Shown here: positions 47,329 through 60,228 of the stretch, in pieces
Layout: each line of letters starts with the position of its first letter
How positions within the stretch are numbered: position 1 is the first letter of the stretch
Assembly: GCF_036321535.1 (NCBI RefSeq)
Contig: NC_087438.1
Span: forward strand, 2,482,001 to 2,546,000
Direction: 5' to 3'
Source of the DNA: Camelus dromedarius
Lineage: Eukaryota
DNA: 64,000 bases
The notes under the pieces: generated by a model
The model's input: the letters and a program-made list of their open reading frames with translations, nothing else
The model's database searches: none
Told to the model about the DNA's origin: nothing
Translations under genes and position numbers: made by a program

Positions 47329-49074
47329 GCCCCACGCCCTTCTGCCCTTCCCCAGTCCCAAGCTCCCTGGATATTTGTTCCACTATAATCATTCTTGCCG
47401 GAGCGGAGGGACCAGCCCAGGCTGGGCCTCCATTTCAGGTTAGCAGCTGAGACGCAGAGAAGACCTTTAGAAGAGCTCATGACCCCCGGCGGTCCCAGGA
47501 CGACATCCCAGTTCCCCAGCCCTCACCGTCCTCTCCAGTACCCCCCCACCCCGTTCCTGGTCCGGCCGCATGGAGTGGCTTTTCTGTGCCCGACACGGCT
47601 CTGTGCCCTTGGCTCTGGCTGTCTCTCCGACCTCCACGTGGAGGCCCTCCTCCAGGAGCCATCCTCAGGGCACGTCGGGCTGGGCCCTCCGCCCCTCCTG
47701 CCTGTGCATCCCCTGCCAGCTGGGGCCTTGGCTTCTCACCGGCTCCTGGGCTGCAGTCAGAGCCGGGAGGGCAGGGGCTGTGTCTTGCCTGTTTCCCGTC
47801 CAGGGCTCTGGCCGCCACCCCCACAGTAGGAACAAAACCAGTGCTTCTCCTGTGAGACTAAGCCTCAGGGTGACCACGGTGATTTGCTGCTTTAAAATCA
47901 AATGCCTTCTGTGCTTGACTTCCTTCCTGCCCACCTGGCTGAGCCCCGTCCTGCCACTAGGGAACGCGCAGCTTCTAGAAGCAAGGATTGTGCACACTCG
48001 GGGCCTCTTGAAGTTGGGGTGCACGCAGTCAGCGCCAGCACATCTGGTTTCTTTCCAGCCGACTCCTCCTTCCCTGGCGTTTTCAGTCGGGTAGAGCGAT
48101 ATTCAGATTCCAGAGGATGTACCCACCACAGGCCTGGCAGATTCATCCTCAGGCGACATCTGCTGAGAATTTTCCAATGACGTAATGTGTATAAAGCACG
48201 TGAAGAGGGGGTGATCGTGAGATGATGAGATTAAAATGCGAAGCCGGGGCGGGAGTGTCTGCACAGAGCACTGATCGGTGCTTCTAACCAACGCTGTGTG
48301 TGTCCCGAGGGGCAGTGGGGCACACCGCGTCCCCCCGAGCCCGGGGCACACGCCCGGGGGGCACGGGACAGCTGGGCTGCCAGCGCGCTGGCTCCGCTCA
48401 GCGAGGGTTTCCTGTTTGCTCCAAGGTCTGCCGGGAGGCCGGGGCTTGCCAGAGGGTCTGCGGGTCATTCCCTCGTCCTTACTCATCAGAACTTCATTCA
48501 TGACCCCTAGTATTACCTACCCTGGAAATTCTCTGAAAGTTCTGATTTCCCCCAAACAACTTGCTGAGTCACCAAAAACAAACAAGATTGTTTCCCCCCC
48601 CCCCCGGTCCTTAAAACATATAATCTGGGCTCCCTGTCTGCCAGGGTGCCGGGTTCCACCGTGGAGAGCTTGACCACGTTTTGTCAGGCTCCTCTGAGCC
48701 CAGGCTCCGTGAGGCCCCCTCCTCGGCTCATCCCCGCCTGGCCTGCACGGACGGCCCAGTGGTCACGTGGCTCCCCCAGGTCCGTCTCTGTAAGAAAGAC
48801 CTTCCCTTGCTGTGTCCTTGCAGTACCTTCCTTCCCACTGACCCCCCGCGCTGCTTGTTGGCTGCAAATCCCCCAGCCTCCCCTGCCCTCTGAGCTGTGC
48901 CCCGTCTCCCTCCTCCATTGCAATAGTCCTGCAGAACGTCTTCCCTCCCATTGTAATAAATGGCCAGGTGCGTTTTTTCTTTAACAATCTATATTTGAAG
49001 TTATTTTCTCCTAGGATGTGATGTGCTAGGAACGCTCTCTACTTGGCCCAGGGACCTCGCACAAGCCCGTGTGA

Positions 49075-49143
49075 CCACACACGCACACACACACATGCGC
49101 ACACACACATGCACACACACACGTGTGCATGCACACACACACG
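49075..49143. repeat. Degenerate (CA)n repeat
   Basis: cacacacgcacacacacacatgcgcacacacacatgcacacacacacgtgtgcatgcacacacacac. Confidence 0.9.
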
Positions 49144-49574
49144 TGGCCGCGAGGACAGACTTTTTCTATATTGTTCTTTCTATTATCACACTTATCCGTG
49201 TCATTGCTTCAGCTCCTGGGTGCAAACTTAAGCATGAATTCAAAGAGGATACAACTTTCATAGTAAGTCTCTGGTCTTTTTCTAAATCAGAAGAGTTTGG
49301 TAAGAAATCGTTTGACAAATTATTTCACTTAACACAGGAGAAAAAAAGTTTCACTGAGTCTGTGGAGAGTTAGCGTCCAGGAGTAGCTATGTGTGACGTG
49401 TTACTTCTTCTACCGTATGTGTTAAGGACTCATGTCCAGTTACAATTGGATGCCAGGCTAATTCACCGTATAGATGCAAACATTTGTTTTACCTTGTATT
49501 TTTATATTTTACAGAAAAGAATTTTAGAATATATTTCAGAACAATACAACATATTTTCATTTCAAGGCAGCCCT

Positions 49575-49611
49575 ACATACACACACACTCATACACACAC
49601 ACACACACACA
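49575..49611. repeat. (CA)n microsatellite
   Basis: acatacacacacactcatacacacacacacacacaca. Confidence 0.9.
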
Positions 49612-50414
49612 AATACCTCTTTCCTAAATAAATCTTTTGTTCCAATTTCTATAAGGAAATTATTTATAACAGAGCAGAAAGCTTTCAGCTTTGGTGGGGA
49701 TTTTCTTAAATCAGTGGCGTCATGTGGTAGTTTACCCCCGGCATATTTTTTTTTTTTTGAAATTTAGAAAATGTAAAATGAGAAGTATAAATAAAGCAAA
49801 AACTCAGAGTTATATGAAAAGATACAGGGTTGATGCATCAATCAAAATGAGCTCTTGAGAGAGACAGCGCTGCTCCTGTGAAGGGTGCCGTGGAACTTTC
49901 CAGAACTCCTTTAAATCCGCGCCGAGAGCTCTTAAATAAACAGGTTGCTGACTGGCTACCCTCGGCAGTTCTGACTGAATGAGACCTACATCTTCAACAT
50001 GAGGTTCTCTAATGGTTCTCATGATGGGACAACTCTGACAACCAATGAACCGAGCAAGGTCATGACTGGACCACAAAGCCATGTCCACACTCAGGGATAG
50101 CTTGCAATTTTGTTTCTGATAAACTCAAATGCAAGTCTGAATTATGACGTATTGGCCGTTTATAGTTTTAAGGTATCTTGGAGATGTTAAAACCTGTACG
50201 GATCAATGGTTTTCAAACTATGCTTCACTCCAGAGAACAGGAACTAAGGTGGAGGTGTGTAGCTGGGAGAAGCGGTGGGGAAGAACTCGTCGCAATCCAC
50301 ACAGAAAAGAGCAGCCTCACTGTTACTTATTTTATAGTGTTTTCCCACTAAACTTCCTCTAAATGAAAGGCTTCCTGCTTTAAAAAAAAATCTGAGAGCA
50401 ATGACAATCTATAC

Positions 50415-50540
50415 AACTGATTCTCAGATTGTGTTAAAATGCAGATTCTGCCTCAGCGGGTCTAGGGCTGGGCGGATGTCCTGCATCTGTCAGAAGGTCC
50501 CGGGGAAGGAGCTCCTGCGGATGCCAGGACCAGTGTCTGC
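50415..50540. mobile_element. MER5A-like hAT-Charlie MITE remnant
   Basis: gttaaaatgcagattctg...cagcgggtctagggctggg...ctgcat...aaggtcccgggg resembles MER5A. Confidence 0.55.
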
Positions 50541-50557
50541 CTGGCTGGGGTCCAGAC

Positions 50558-50849
50558 CAACGCTGTCAAAGAGAATAAAACGTTAGCCACTTACGATATT
50601 TAAGGTGCCTTTGTAGTAAAAAGCAAAATTATGCACAGAGACTTGATGCGATCCAATATAGCGCACATATTATCAATTCAACATGTGGTCGTTATTGAAA
50701 TATACCCACAGGATGTTTCATTTCTCTTCGTGTGTGTGCTAAGTCTTTGAAACTGGATGGATATGTTGCAGTTCAAGCATATCTCAGTCTGGACTAGCTA
50801 CGTTTCCAGTGTTCAGCAGCCACGTCTTCTACCATCTTGGAAAGTGTGG
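50558..50849. mobile_element. MER33/MER3-like hAT-Charlie DNA transposon
   Basis: ccaatata...atattatcaattcaacatgt...ctaagtctttgaaact...tggactagctacgtttccagtgttcagcagccacgt. 8-bp TSD gtccagac (50550-50557) and gtctagac (50850-50857), fitting the Charlie NTCTAGAN target. Confidence 0.85.
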
Positions 50850-52471
50850 GTCTAGACAAAGGCTGATCCGAGGTTCAAATGCTTTTCAACAGCATCCTAG
50901 TAAGGTCTTGTCAACCACTTCTCAAACATTTCAAATATCACAAAATCTATTGCCTTGGAAAATTGTCAATTTATCTGCAGTCACGCCCCCACCCTCCACC
51001 CCTTTTAGGTTAAAACTCCTCTTGTAGCTTCTATGCATTGCTTCCAAATCTAACCCTTACAGTTGCATAGAATTAAGCTGATCTATTTTTGGCATAAAAT
51101 ATTTTCAAATATCTCAGGTTTTTCTGTTTGTTTCTTTTTCAGAGCTTCACCAGATATTTTCTTCTCTTGAGCTACATAGTGTTAATCTCTTTTTTTCTAA
51201 CCTATTTTTGGAGGGTTTTTTGGTTTATTTTTTGGGTTTTTTTCCTCCAGATCTTTTTCCTCTGGACATAATTTTGCTTTTTGCTTTGCCCCTTTTCAAT
51301 TCAGAGTATGGGACAAGGGCGATGTTCTGGCTGTGATCTAACCAGAGCAGTCCCTGTTTCAGGAGTTATTGCGTTAGTGCAGTTCAGAGCAGCTCAACAC
51401 TTCTCAGAGCCATGCCCCCCAAGGGGGGGCCCTACACCCGGAGCTGGGGAGCGACTGCAGCCCTGTCATCCTGTGGACCATTGGGATTGCACCGGCTTCC
51501 TGTGCTCCAGGCAGTTTCCTTTGTGTTGTATCCAGCTCACTGTCTCAGCTGGAAAGATGCGTTTGATGCTAGTTCTATCATCCAGGGAAATTATTATTCA
51601 AGCTTTAAGGCACACCAAAAAATCAGGGTGGCCTGACCTCTGTGCCCACATCCAAGGGATGGCAAATTCCGGGCTGGCCTTGAGCCAATAAAGCACATCT
51701 TTGGGGAACTGTCTTTGAACTAGTGAGGAATCTAAATTGCATTAATTTTCAGTCTACGTTTTTTTCTCGTGTCCAGAAGAAAGATGATATCTGCACCTGC
51801 TTTGCTGACATCTGCACTCAGCTATGTCTGCGATGTTCCTCACCTAGAAGTCAGTAATCTTGTCCCCAAAGGAGATGAAGTTCTCATACGTTCCTGATGG
51901 GTGAGGCTCGGAGACCAGGGATAGCTGTGCTTTTCCAGGCGCTTAGGGGACAGCCCTGTCCTCCTCTTGGTCAGTGTTGATGCCCAGTTCCCTGCATTAC
52001 GGTTGCCAAATCTGACCTCCTCTTATGTGGAATCATAACTGCACCTGCTCCTCTGGTCTCCCTCTGACTTTGCGCTGCTCTGTGACTGCTCAGGGCAGTT
52101 TGTGACGTGTCAGCCATGTCCTTCCTTCCTTGTCTCAGTATCCCTGGATGTAATTAGCCCAGGCCCAGAGGTGAGAACTCATTTCCAGCTCAAAAGTGAC
52201 CCTCTTCCAATCTATTTATCTAATTTGAGCGTCAATGTCCTGTTTCAATACTTATTTGATTTGCATCTTCTTGTCCAAAGTTTTGTTGATCTCAGCAAAG
52301 AGGGTTGGGGGTAGATCGGAAGCTGAGGAACTCTGGGTCTTTCAGGCATCTGTGCAGCGTTCGCGCGGTCATCTGCCCTCTCAGCGCCAGGCGCTCGGTG
52401 CCCGTCCTGCTCTTCCCGCCTCTTTCTGGGCCCTGCTTGCTCGGCCGTGGGCCCATCCAGTAACTGTCCCC

Positions 52472-52568
52472 CTGAGTGGCTACCCAGTGGGAGGAACTGT
52501 CCTGGGCACAGGGGACAAAATGAACAAAACCAGGAGAGTTGCCGACCCCAAGATCTTAGATTCTAGTG
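52472..52568 (-). mobile_element. LINE-2 3' remnant
   Basis: ctgagtggctaccc...actgtcctgggcacaggggacaaaatgaacaaaacca...cttagattctagtg. Confidence 0.5.
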
Positions 52569-52823
52569 ACTCCCCAGCCACGTGGAAAGTGGAGCCAGGC
52601 TCCGGGTGGCTTCGGGATGGCTGCATGATTGCTGCGGAAATCGGGGGCTTTGTGCTTAAACAGGAGGCACGCTGGAAGGAAGACATCGCTGCTCATTTTT
52701 ATCCTGTTTCTCCAGGTCTATTGAGCTCTGGGTCCCTTTAGATGCTGGACATGGACTGCCTGAAATAACTCGTATTCATGCTTTTTTATGATTTTAACAA
52801 CTTCTTTATCCAGTCATCTGTCT

Positions 52824-52917
52824 AAATAGATAAACAACAAGGTCCTACTGTACAGAACAGGGAACTATATTCAATATCTTGTAATAGCCTATAATGAAAA
52901 AACATGAAAAGGAATAT

Positions 52918-52953
<36 letters not shown>

Positions 52954-53033
52954 CTGAACCACTATGCTGTGCACAAGAAATTAACACAACATTGTAAACC
53001 GAGACTATATTTCAATTTAAAAAAAGCAAAAAA
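52824..53033 (+). mobile_element. Young LINE-1 3' end with internal (TG)n at ~52920-52951
   Basis: aatagataaacaacaaggtcctactgtacagaacagggaactatattcaatatcttgtaata...aattaacacaacattgtaaac...ttcaatttaaaaaaa. Confidence 0.92.
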
Positions 53034-53541
53034 ATAGTTCTTTTGCATTCTATAACTGTGGAAAGTTTTATTTTTAAAGAAAAACGTGGCCCTTGAAAAA
53101 ATGCAGAGCATCCTGTACCATGACTGTAAGACAGAGACACAGCCTGACACAGACTGGAGACAAGCACTTCAATGTTCTGTTCATATGAAGCCCCGTGACC
53201 CCAGTCTGAACTTGGCACAGTTGCTCATTGCAAAATGTTGTCTACGCAGGGCACGGGGAAGAGAGGTGGCGTCCGCTGCCCCCTGGGAGCCTCCCTGGGG
53301 CCCAGACAGTGCGGGGAGGACCAGACTCCACGGCGGTGCCTGCTAACAGTCCCGCCACTGCTCCATGTTCCCGGGGACGAGGGACCCGCAGCCCTCCTCC
53401 GTGTGACTGCAGAGGAGAAGTAAGAATGAGATGCAGAAAATGTAAATCGAATATACCTACCATTAGGACGTAAGCAAATTTAGAACAAACTTAATATAAA
53501 TGCTATTCCCAAATCCATGTCTACCCAGTCTGTGAATGCTT

Positions 53542-53543
<2 letters not shown>

Positions 53544-53589
<46 letters not shown>
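53544..53589. repeat. (TG)23 microsatellite
   Basis: Pure TG run. Confidence 0.98.
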
Positions 53590-53590
<1 letters not shown>

Positions 53591-56500
53591 TGGGCTGGAG
53601 ACGTGGGTGCAGACATCACTGCCTTATGTCCAGCATCCTTTAACATGCTCGCTTTCTGTGAAGCTTGATATAAATCATGTCATTCTCTCCAGAACATAGT
53701 GCTTCTCTGGCCTGAAATGTGGAGCCCCGTGTCTGCAGAAAACAGCTCTAGCTTGCCTGCCCGACACCGTGGTCTGCGAGTGCCTGGTGCACTCGTGTGA
53801 AAAGGTGGCAGGCTCAGTGTGATCAGGGAGAGAGAGACAGAGAGCGTGACCCTCAGGGACTTTATAGTGCTCTTATTCACCTCCAATGTTCCTTGATTTC
53901 ATTAAGGATCCGAATCTGAGTACACAGCACATACGGGTATCGCGAATGGTTCAAAACCCAGTTTGGTTGGCGCCCTATCCGTGAGGCTGGGCACCGCCTC
54001 GTGGGGACCCCGAGGGCAGCCGGGCAGCAGGTGTGGCGCTGGCCCAGCCTGGGCGGAGGAGCTAGGCGCCTGAACCCCGTCCTCCCCACGGGAATCCGGC
54101 CTGTTGTTCCCTGGGAGGCGGAGTGGTGTGTGTTCCTGAGCATGGTTTATAAATATTCTTTCCAATTTGGGGAACACGATCAAAGGCATTTTTAATATTG
54201 CATTCATTTAATTCTGGCAGGGAGGAACGCGTCTGCCAAAGAGTATCCCCAAATCCGCGTTTGTAGCTTCTTGCAAACAAGGGGTGGAGACAGGAAAAAA
54301 TGTCAGTGATTTTCCCAAACAAGAGCCCGGATAGATTTGGAAAGCGAGAGAGAGGAGGCTTAGAGACAAGATGCCACAGTGCAGCATGGCGGACGCGCAG
54401 CTCACCACACGCACCGAAGAGCTCAGGGCTCGCTTCGTCGTTTCTGCCTCCCACGCCCCCTCCTCGGAGCCAGAATCCACTGAACTAGGCATGATGCTTT
54501 CAGGGCAGGCCGATCGAAGGACAGCGACAGCCCCTTCCTGCACTGCTGGGCCCGGAGCCTCCCCAGCGGCCCCTTCCCTTCAGGCCGGGTGACTTGGAGC
54601 GGAGGGTGTGGGGCCCAGTGCAGAGGGCGAGGGCGGGGCGAGGGCGGGAGGACCCCACCTCAGCTCCTGTCTGCGGGCACCTGCTGCATTTCAAGTCTTG
54701 GCTTTTGGGACCCCTGACAGCTCTCTTGTCTCCCACGTGGGCAGAGCTGGTCCTGTGAGGGACCCTCCAGGATCCGCTGGGACCCTCTGGGTCTGAGCAG
54801 GGACAGCGGTCTGCCCTCTTCTTCTTGAGTCTTCTGACCCTGCCCCAGCAAGCCCTTTTCCCCGGCTCCCCAGTAAGCCTGTGACTTTGGTCCCTGTCCA
54901 GACCCTGCAGAGCCCAGGGAGACTCAGGGGATGTCAGCTTCCCCCAGTGCCTGAGAGGTGGCTGCGCCTAGTGAACGGGGAAGCCTGGAGCAGCCCCTCA
55001 CAGAGGCCCACAAGGAGGGGAAAGGGTTCTCTTTCCTTCTGCTGTTGGGATCTCCTTCTCTTAAGGCTTAGTTTCCTCTCCAGACTGAAGTCCCAAGAGG
55101 GGAGACTGAGAGGCCGTCACCTTCCAGCCCCCAGCCTCCCTCCCACAACCTCCCTGCGCGCCCGTGGGGGATGAGCCCACCCCTCCCCGCCTGTGGCCGT
55201 CCCGAGGCCCCACCCAGCCTGCACCAGCGATGGTGATCCTGGTGATGGACTTGGCACAATCCTCTCATAAGAGCACGGCTAGACTGTCTGGGCTGACTCT
55301 CTGTGAGGACCCCTATGGGGAAACCAGCAGGTGTCTGTTACCAGGAACTGTCCCTCTGTGTCCCTTTGTGACAAATGCCAGTCTCCGGGAGACGAGCTCA
55401 CGGCCCTGCGTTCATGACGGCTGATTAGAAAACCTCATTTTGATTTGAAATATTGGTATATAGACACTCACAAAAATGCACGCATATCGTTCAGCAGTTG
55501 TCCCTCGAGTGACGGCTGTGGGACAGCCCGTCAGGTGCATCGTAGAGTAAGGGGTCAGTGAGGGCGGCGAGCTGACCTGAGTTAAGTTATAATATTCACA
55601 GGAGCGCGTGGATTCCTCCCGCAGGGTCCGATCACGCGGGCACGGGCAGAAGCCTTTATTCTGTACAGATACATGATTTTTGCAAACATTAAACAAGAAT
55701 TTCCGAAACTTTAAAGTCGTTTAAACATCTTGCTCTGAAGGGATTCAGTGGTCAAGTGATTGGGGGAAGTTAAGAGGGCCGACGCTGAGAAAAAGGACGA
55801 AGAAACCTCACTCCATGGATACTTCTGATTTAATTTTAAACAGGAAGTGCAACTATTTTTGGAGAACACCGTGGCCGTGGGTCCAGGAATGGTCCCAGGC
55901 CTGACTGTCGGTGTGGCTCGGCAGTTTGTGGGGACCCGAGCTCTCCTCGCAAGGTGACACGCCGTGAGAAACATGAAAAAGGTGCAGCCCCCCTGAATCC
56001 TCCCCATCAGGTCACTACCCAGACGTGGGAACGTGTGTGTGTCAGGGGTCGCTCCAGGCAGCTGGGCTGCAGAATTGCCCGACCGGAGCAGTCTGTTTTA
56101 TGTTTGGGGTAAAACAATAGTTCTTGGGGAAGCATTTGTCACCGGCAGCTCTGCCAGGATTGCTAACTGCCTCCAGAGGACCCTGACCAGCGGAGCCTTG
56201 AAAACAACGTGGGTTGCATGAACACTGTCTCTGGAAGCATCCTTGGCGCCAGCCGCCCCCCGACCTCTCCCGCGGTTCCAGCTGGCGGAGACGCGCCGCA
56301 GGAAAGGAAGGTCACCGGGAAACGGCGGTGATGGAAAGCCGTCTCCCGAGTCAGGAGGCGGGACTGGCCATCAGGGTTATAATTAAGCAGTAATCCCCAG
56401 AAACGCAGTCGTTACCAGCAGTTAATAAGGACTCTGTTGGTTAACAGCTCGACCCGAAGATGGAGGTTGTTAACACTCCATCAAACTCCTTGTTAAGGGC

Positions 56501-58839
56501 GCTGAGGTTTTATGGAAACACACTTGGATCGCAGCTGGAGAGCCGTGTAGGCATCGCGCAGCCCCCAGTGGCTAATGACCGGGTTTTTCCACCAGTGCGC
56601 GCACCGGGCACATTCCATCGTGTTTACATAATAGCTGTTAACTGCCGCAGACCGGTGCCACCGCGTTCGGGGACTCGATGCGACTCGGGCTCACCTGCGT
56701 CCCCCTCCTGGCGTCAAAGGCATGTTTTGTTGTTGATGTTACTCTTTGTTGTCGACGTGGCCGGGGTTTCGACCTCTGTGGTTGACCCAACTCTTACTGC
56801 AGTTCTTAAACTTAAGAGACGGTGCGAGAAAGGCAAGGTGTGTCTGACTGATGCTGGTTGGCGTCCCAGGGACCAGCTGCAGAGGGCATCCGTCCTGTTC
56901 CACACACGGGGCGCCCTTCCGGCCCCTTCCAGGGCTCGAGCTTTCCTCTGGGGGTGATGGACAGGGGAGCCAAGGACTGTCATCAGAGGCACGGCTTGTA
57001 GTTATTCACCGAGAAGGAGCCTCCTTTCTCTTTAGGATGCTGTTCGCTGGACCTCGTCCTGGAGAACCCACTGCAGGGACGTCTCTTTTCCTCTTTTGAC
57101 AGAAAGGAGAGGGTGTGACTGAGACAATCAAACCATCTGCAGTGAAGTCCCAGACCAGGAGAACCACCAGAGGGGTGAGTGAGCTGCATAATCAGATGTG
57201 CGGGAAGACCCTGGAACTAGCTACGGTCTGCACAGAACACGGACTTCTGGCTTGTTTATTGTCCCTGGAAGGAACCGCTCCAGCCAAGAGGGACCCATGT
57301 GGAGACGCTCAGGTCTGCCCCTCTGTGCACGGAGTCAGCATGGCTCTGGGTCTTCCACCTGCTAAGTTACTACCCGGAACCCATTCCTTTGTCAGGAATG
57401 TCTGCGTGTCCAGAATTCATTATCATACTAATGCCCAGTGGCTCCTCGTGCAGGGATGCGGGCTTCCCGGGGCGTGGGGGGAGGAGCGCAGCCTCTGGAA
57501 CAGGCGGTGTTCAGAGCCCTGCGCAGATGGGCCCGGGTCCTTTGTTCCGCCCGCCCGGGAGGCTGTTATGGGAAGCAGCCAACCTGCCTCTGTCGCGGGG
57601 AACGTGGTCGCGCCATTGTGTGCTGGTAATTGTTACTATGTACGTGGAATCCGAGGGGCCACTCCGGATACTGAGCACAAGTGCCAGGAGCCCTTGGCCG
57701 GACCAGACGACACATGTCCTGCGCCGCTGCCACACTCAGCCCGTCACCTCTGCTCAAGGAGGGGTCCTTCTGACAGTGCAATTAAATAGTGTGATTTATT
57801 TACAAAAGATTCTCCAAAGAAGCCCCGGGCAATCTGTCTCGGACACTCTCCCGTGTGGCTGCCTTAAAGGCTCTGCCACAAGGAAATGTTATCTCTGCCC
57901 CTGTGGTACCAAGGTGGGTGGACCACGAATGAAACACTGACCACTGGCGACACGGAGGTGGAGAGAGCATCGCCGTCTTCCCAGTGTTTGGAGTGTGGTC
58001 CCCCTGCTCTCGGCTCCACAGCCACGGTCACCGTGTCTGGTCCTGCAGAACCACGCTGCTGAAAGTCGGGGGTCTGCACAGGCTAGTCCACGTGTACAGC
58101 TTCAGTCACAAAGTGGACTATGTCAGTTTAGACAGAAGGTACCTTCTTACTTTGGTTCATGGTTGATAAGAAAAAAAAAGTGAGTTTGAAGTTAATATTT
58201 TTTAAGTCATTCAGGGTGGAGACCTGGGTTGGCCGAAGGCCAAGGTCAGAACCCACCCCTGGTCCACCCTTCACACCCACCCAACGCCTCCCTCCCTCCG
58301 TCCACTGTCCATGGTGCTGCCTGCGTGGGCACGCCTTGCTCCTGAGTCCCAGCAATTCCCAGTTTCTCTCCTCCAGGGCCTCCTTCCAGGCAGGCTGAGC
58401 GGCCCTCCTGCTGAAGGAGCCTGGCCCCCGTTACAGAGCCTTCCGCCCCCTTCCCCTTGGGTCTCCATTGCTTGGAGGTCGGGGGGATCCCAGCAATGAG
58501 GATTCGCTTTGTCAGCAGGGTGGCTGCAGAGAAACTTACTTTCTGTCCCTTCAAGGCAGGACTCAGTGGAAGGAGCCCCTTCATCTCTGCCCTCCTCACC
58601 CTTCAGTGTGGACCCACCCTCAGCAGACACATGGGTCCCGGGAACGCCGGTCACACGATCCCTTCCTCTGCCTCGTAAGAGGTGCCCTGAGCTGACGGAC
58701 GCTGCCCTCAGTCCCTGGCCTGCGACCCCGCGCCTCCCGTCTGCTGTCCTCTATCAGTCCCGACTTTCACCCGTGCTGGTGCCCTTTGCGAGGGATGGAA
58801 GAAGGGCAGCCCGGACCCAGAGCCGCCTGTGGGGCTAAG

Positions 58840-59140
58840 GCTCTGCTGGGCAGGTGGACATGAAGCCAACAGTGGACGTGGAGACGCGCTCATAGTCCAA
58901 GAGGCAGGAAGGAGAAGTGTGGGGTGTCCCAGGAACACACAGAAAGCACAACGGGGTGCTATTTGAGGGGTGAGGGCACGGCCAGGAATGCTGAGCTGAG
59001 ATCTGAGGGATGACAATTCGTTAGCCAAGGAAGGACATGGGAAGCCGATTTCCAGAGACCAGGCTGTGGAGCGAGGCCTGAGAGGAGGGGCGAGGCTCAG
59101 TGAGAGGCTGGAGTGAGCGCGAGATTGAGGGAGAGAGGAC
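58840..59140 (-). mobile_element. Possible LINE-2 remnant
   Basis: tgagctgagatctgagggatga...gttagccaagg...aggcctgag...aggctggagtg resembles the antisense L2 body. Confidence 0.45.
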
Positions 59141-59929
59141 AGCCCCCCCTTAAAGAGGCTGGAAGCCAGGTGGGCTCGTTCAGGCAGGGACTTGGCCCGT
59201 CTGGATTCGGGGCTTCATCCTAACAACTTTCAGCCCTTGATGTCCATCACGATTTGTCCCCCAGGATGAAAGATTTTATGCAGAGAAAAGTAAGTCAAGA
59301 CTTGCAGCTTTCACAGGCCTCACGGGCTGGCGTGGAGGAACAAACCGGGTGGGGCGGCGGTGGGAGGAGGGGGCGCCTGGCGCTGGTGAGGGGCTGTGGT
59401 CTCAGGCCACAGCAGATGAGAAGCACAGTGGCTTCTCTGCTCCATCAAAGGCCAAGTTCATGTGACAGAAATCATGCAGTTGTGAGGAAGAACCACGGCA
59501 AAGGATGCCCTGGGTCAGCTACTTCCAGTTCAAAGAGCGTCCATTCGGAAGTCTGACGAATAATCACATCGTTTCTGCCGGAAGCCAAAGCAGCTGCTTC
59601 TCCCTCTTATCATCTCCTCCCTCGCACACTGGGGATGACAGGACCATGGCAGGCTTAGGGACCCTTGGACGGGTGAGGCTGGTGGCCTGAGCTGACCTGT
59701 GTCACACACTTACCCCACGCAGTGCAGACCACAGGGCTCTGGAGGTGCGAGCACTGGTCCTTTCTGGGAGCCAGCACTGGCCTCTTCACAGGGGATGCCC
59801 AGCCCTCCAAACCGAGGGCTAATGTGTGGACGGGCAGATACCACTTCCCTGGGAACCACATTACAGCACGCGGTTCCAGGAAATTAACTCACCAAGATGT
59901 GGGAAACAAAACCAAACCCAACCCACCCG

Positions 59930-60228
59930 GACTACTTTCCATCCAGGATGCTATAACAGAGTATCATAGAATGTGGCTTGTAAACAACAGATTTTTCTTT
60001 CTTTCTGTCACACTTCTGGAGGCTGGAAGTCCAAGACCAAGGCGCTGGCAGATTTCACGTCTGGTGAGACCCCCTTCCTGTCCTCACACGGTGGCAGGAG
60101 CAAGGGATCCCTCTGGGGTCTCTTATAAGGACACTTATCTCATCCCTGCACCTTCCAAAGGCCCCAGCTCACACCGGGAGTTAGCACGCCCCCATGGGAA
60201 TTTTGAGGGGACATGCACATTTGTCTAA
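59930..60228 (-). mobile_element. MaLR solo LTR (MLT1A0-like)
   Basis: caggatgctataacagagtatcataga...ggcttgtaaacaacaga...ttctggaggctggaagtccaaga...cctctggggtctcttataaggacac...gaattttgaggggac. Confidence 0.9.

Noticed and set aside
57115..57940. Overlapping 224-aa and 213-aa ORFs
   Set aside because: Two frames open together with no recognisable homology; expected in GC-rich sequence.
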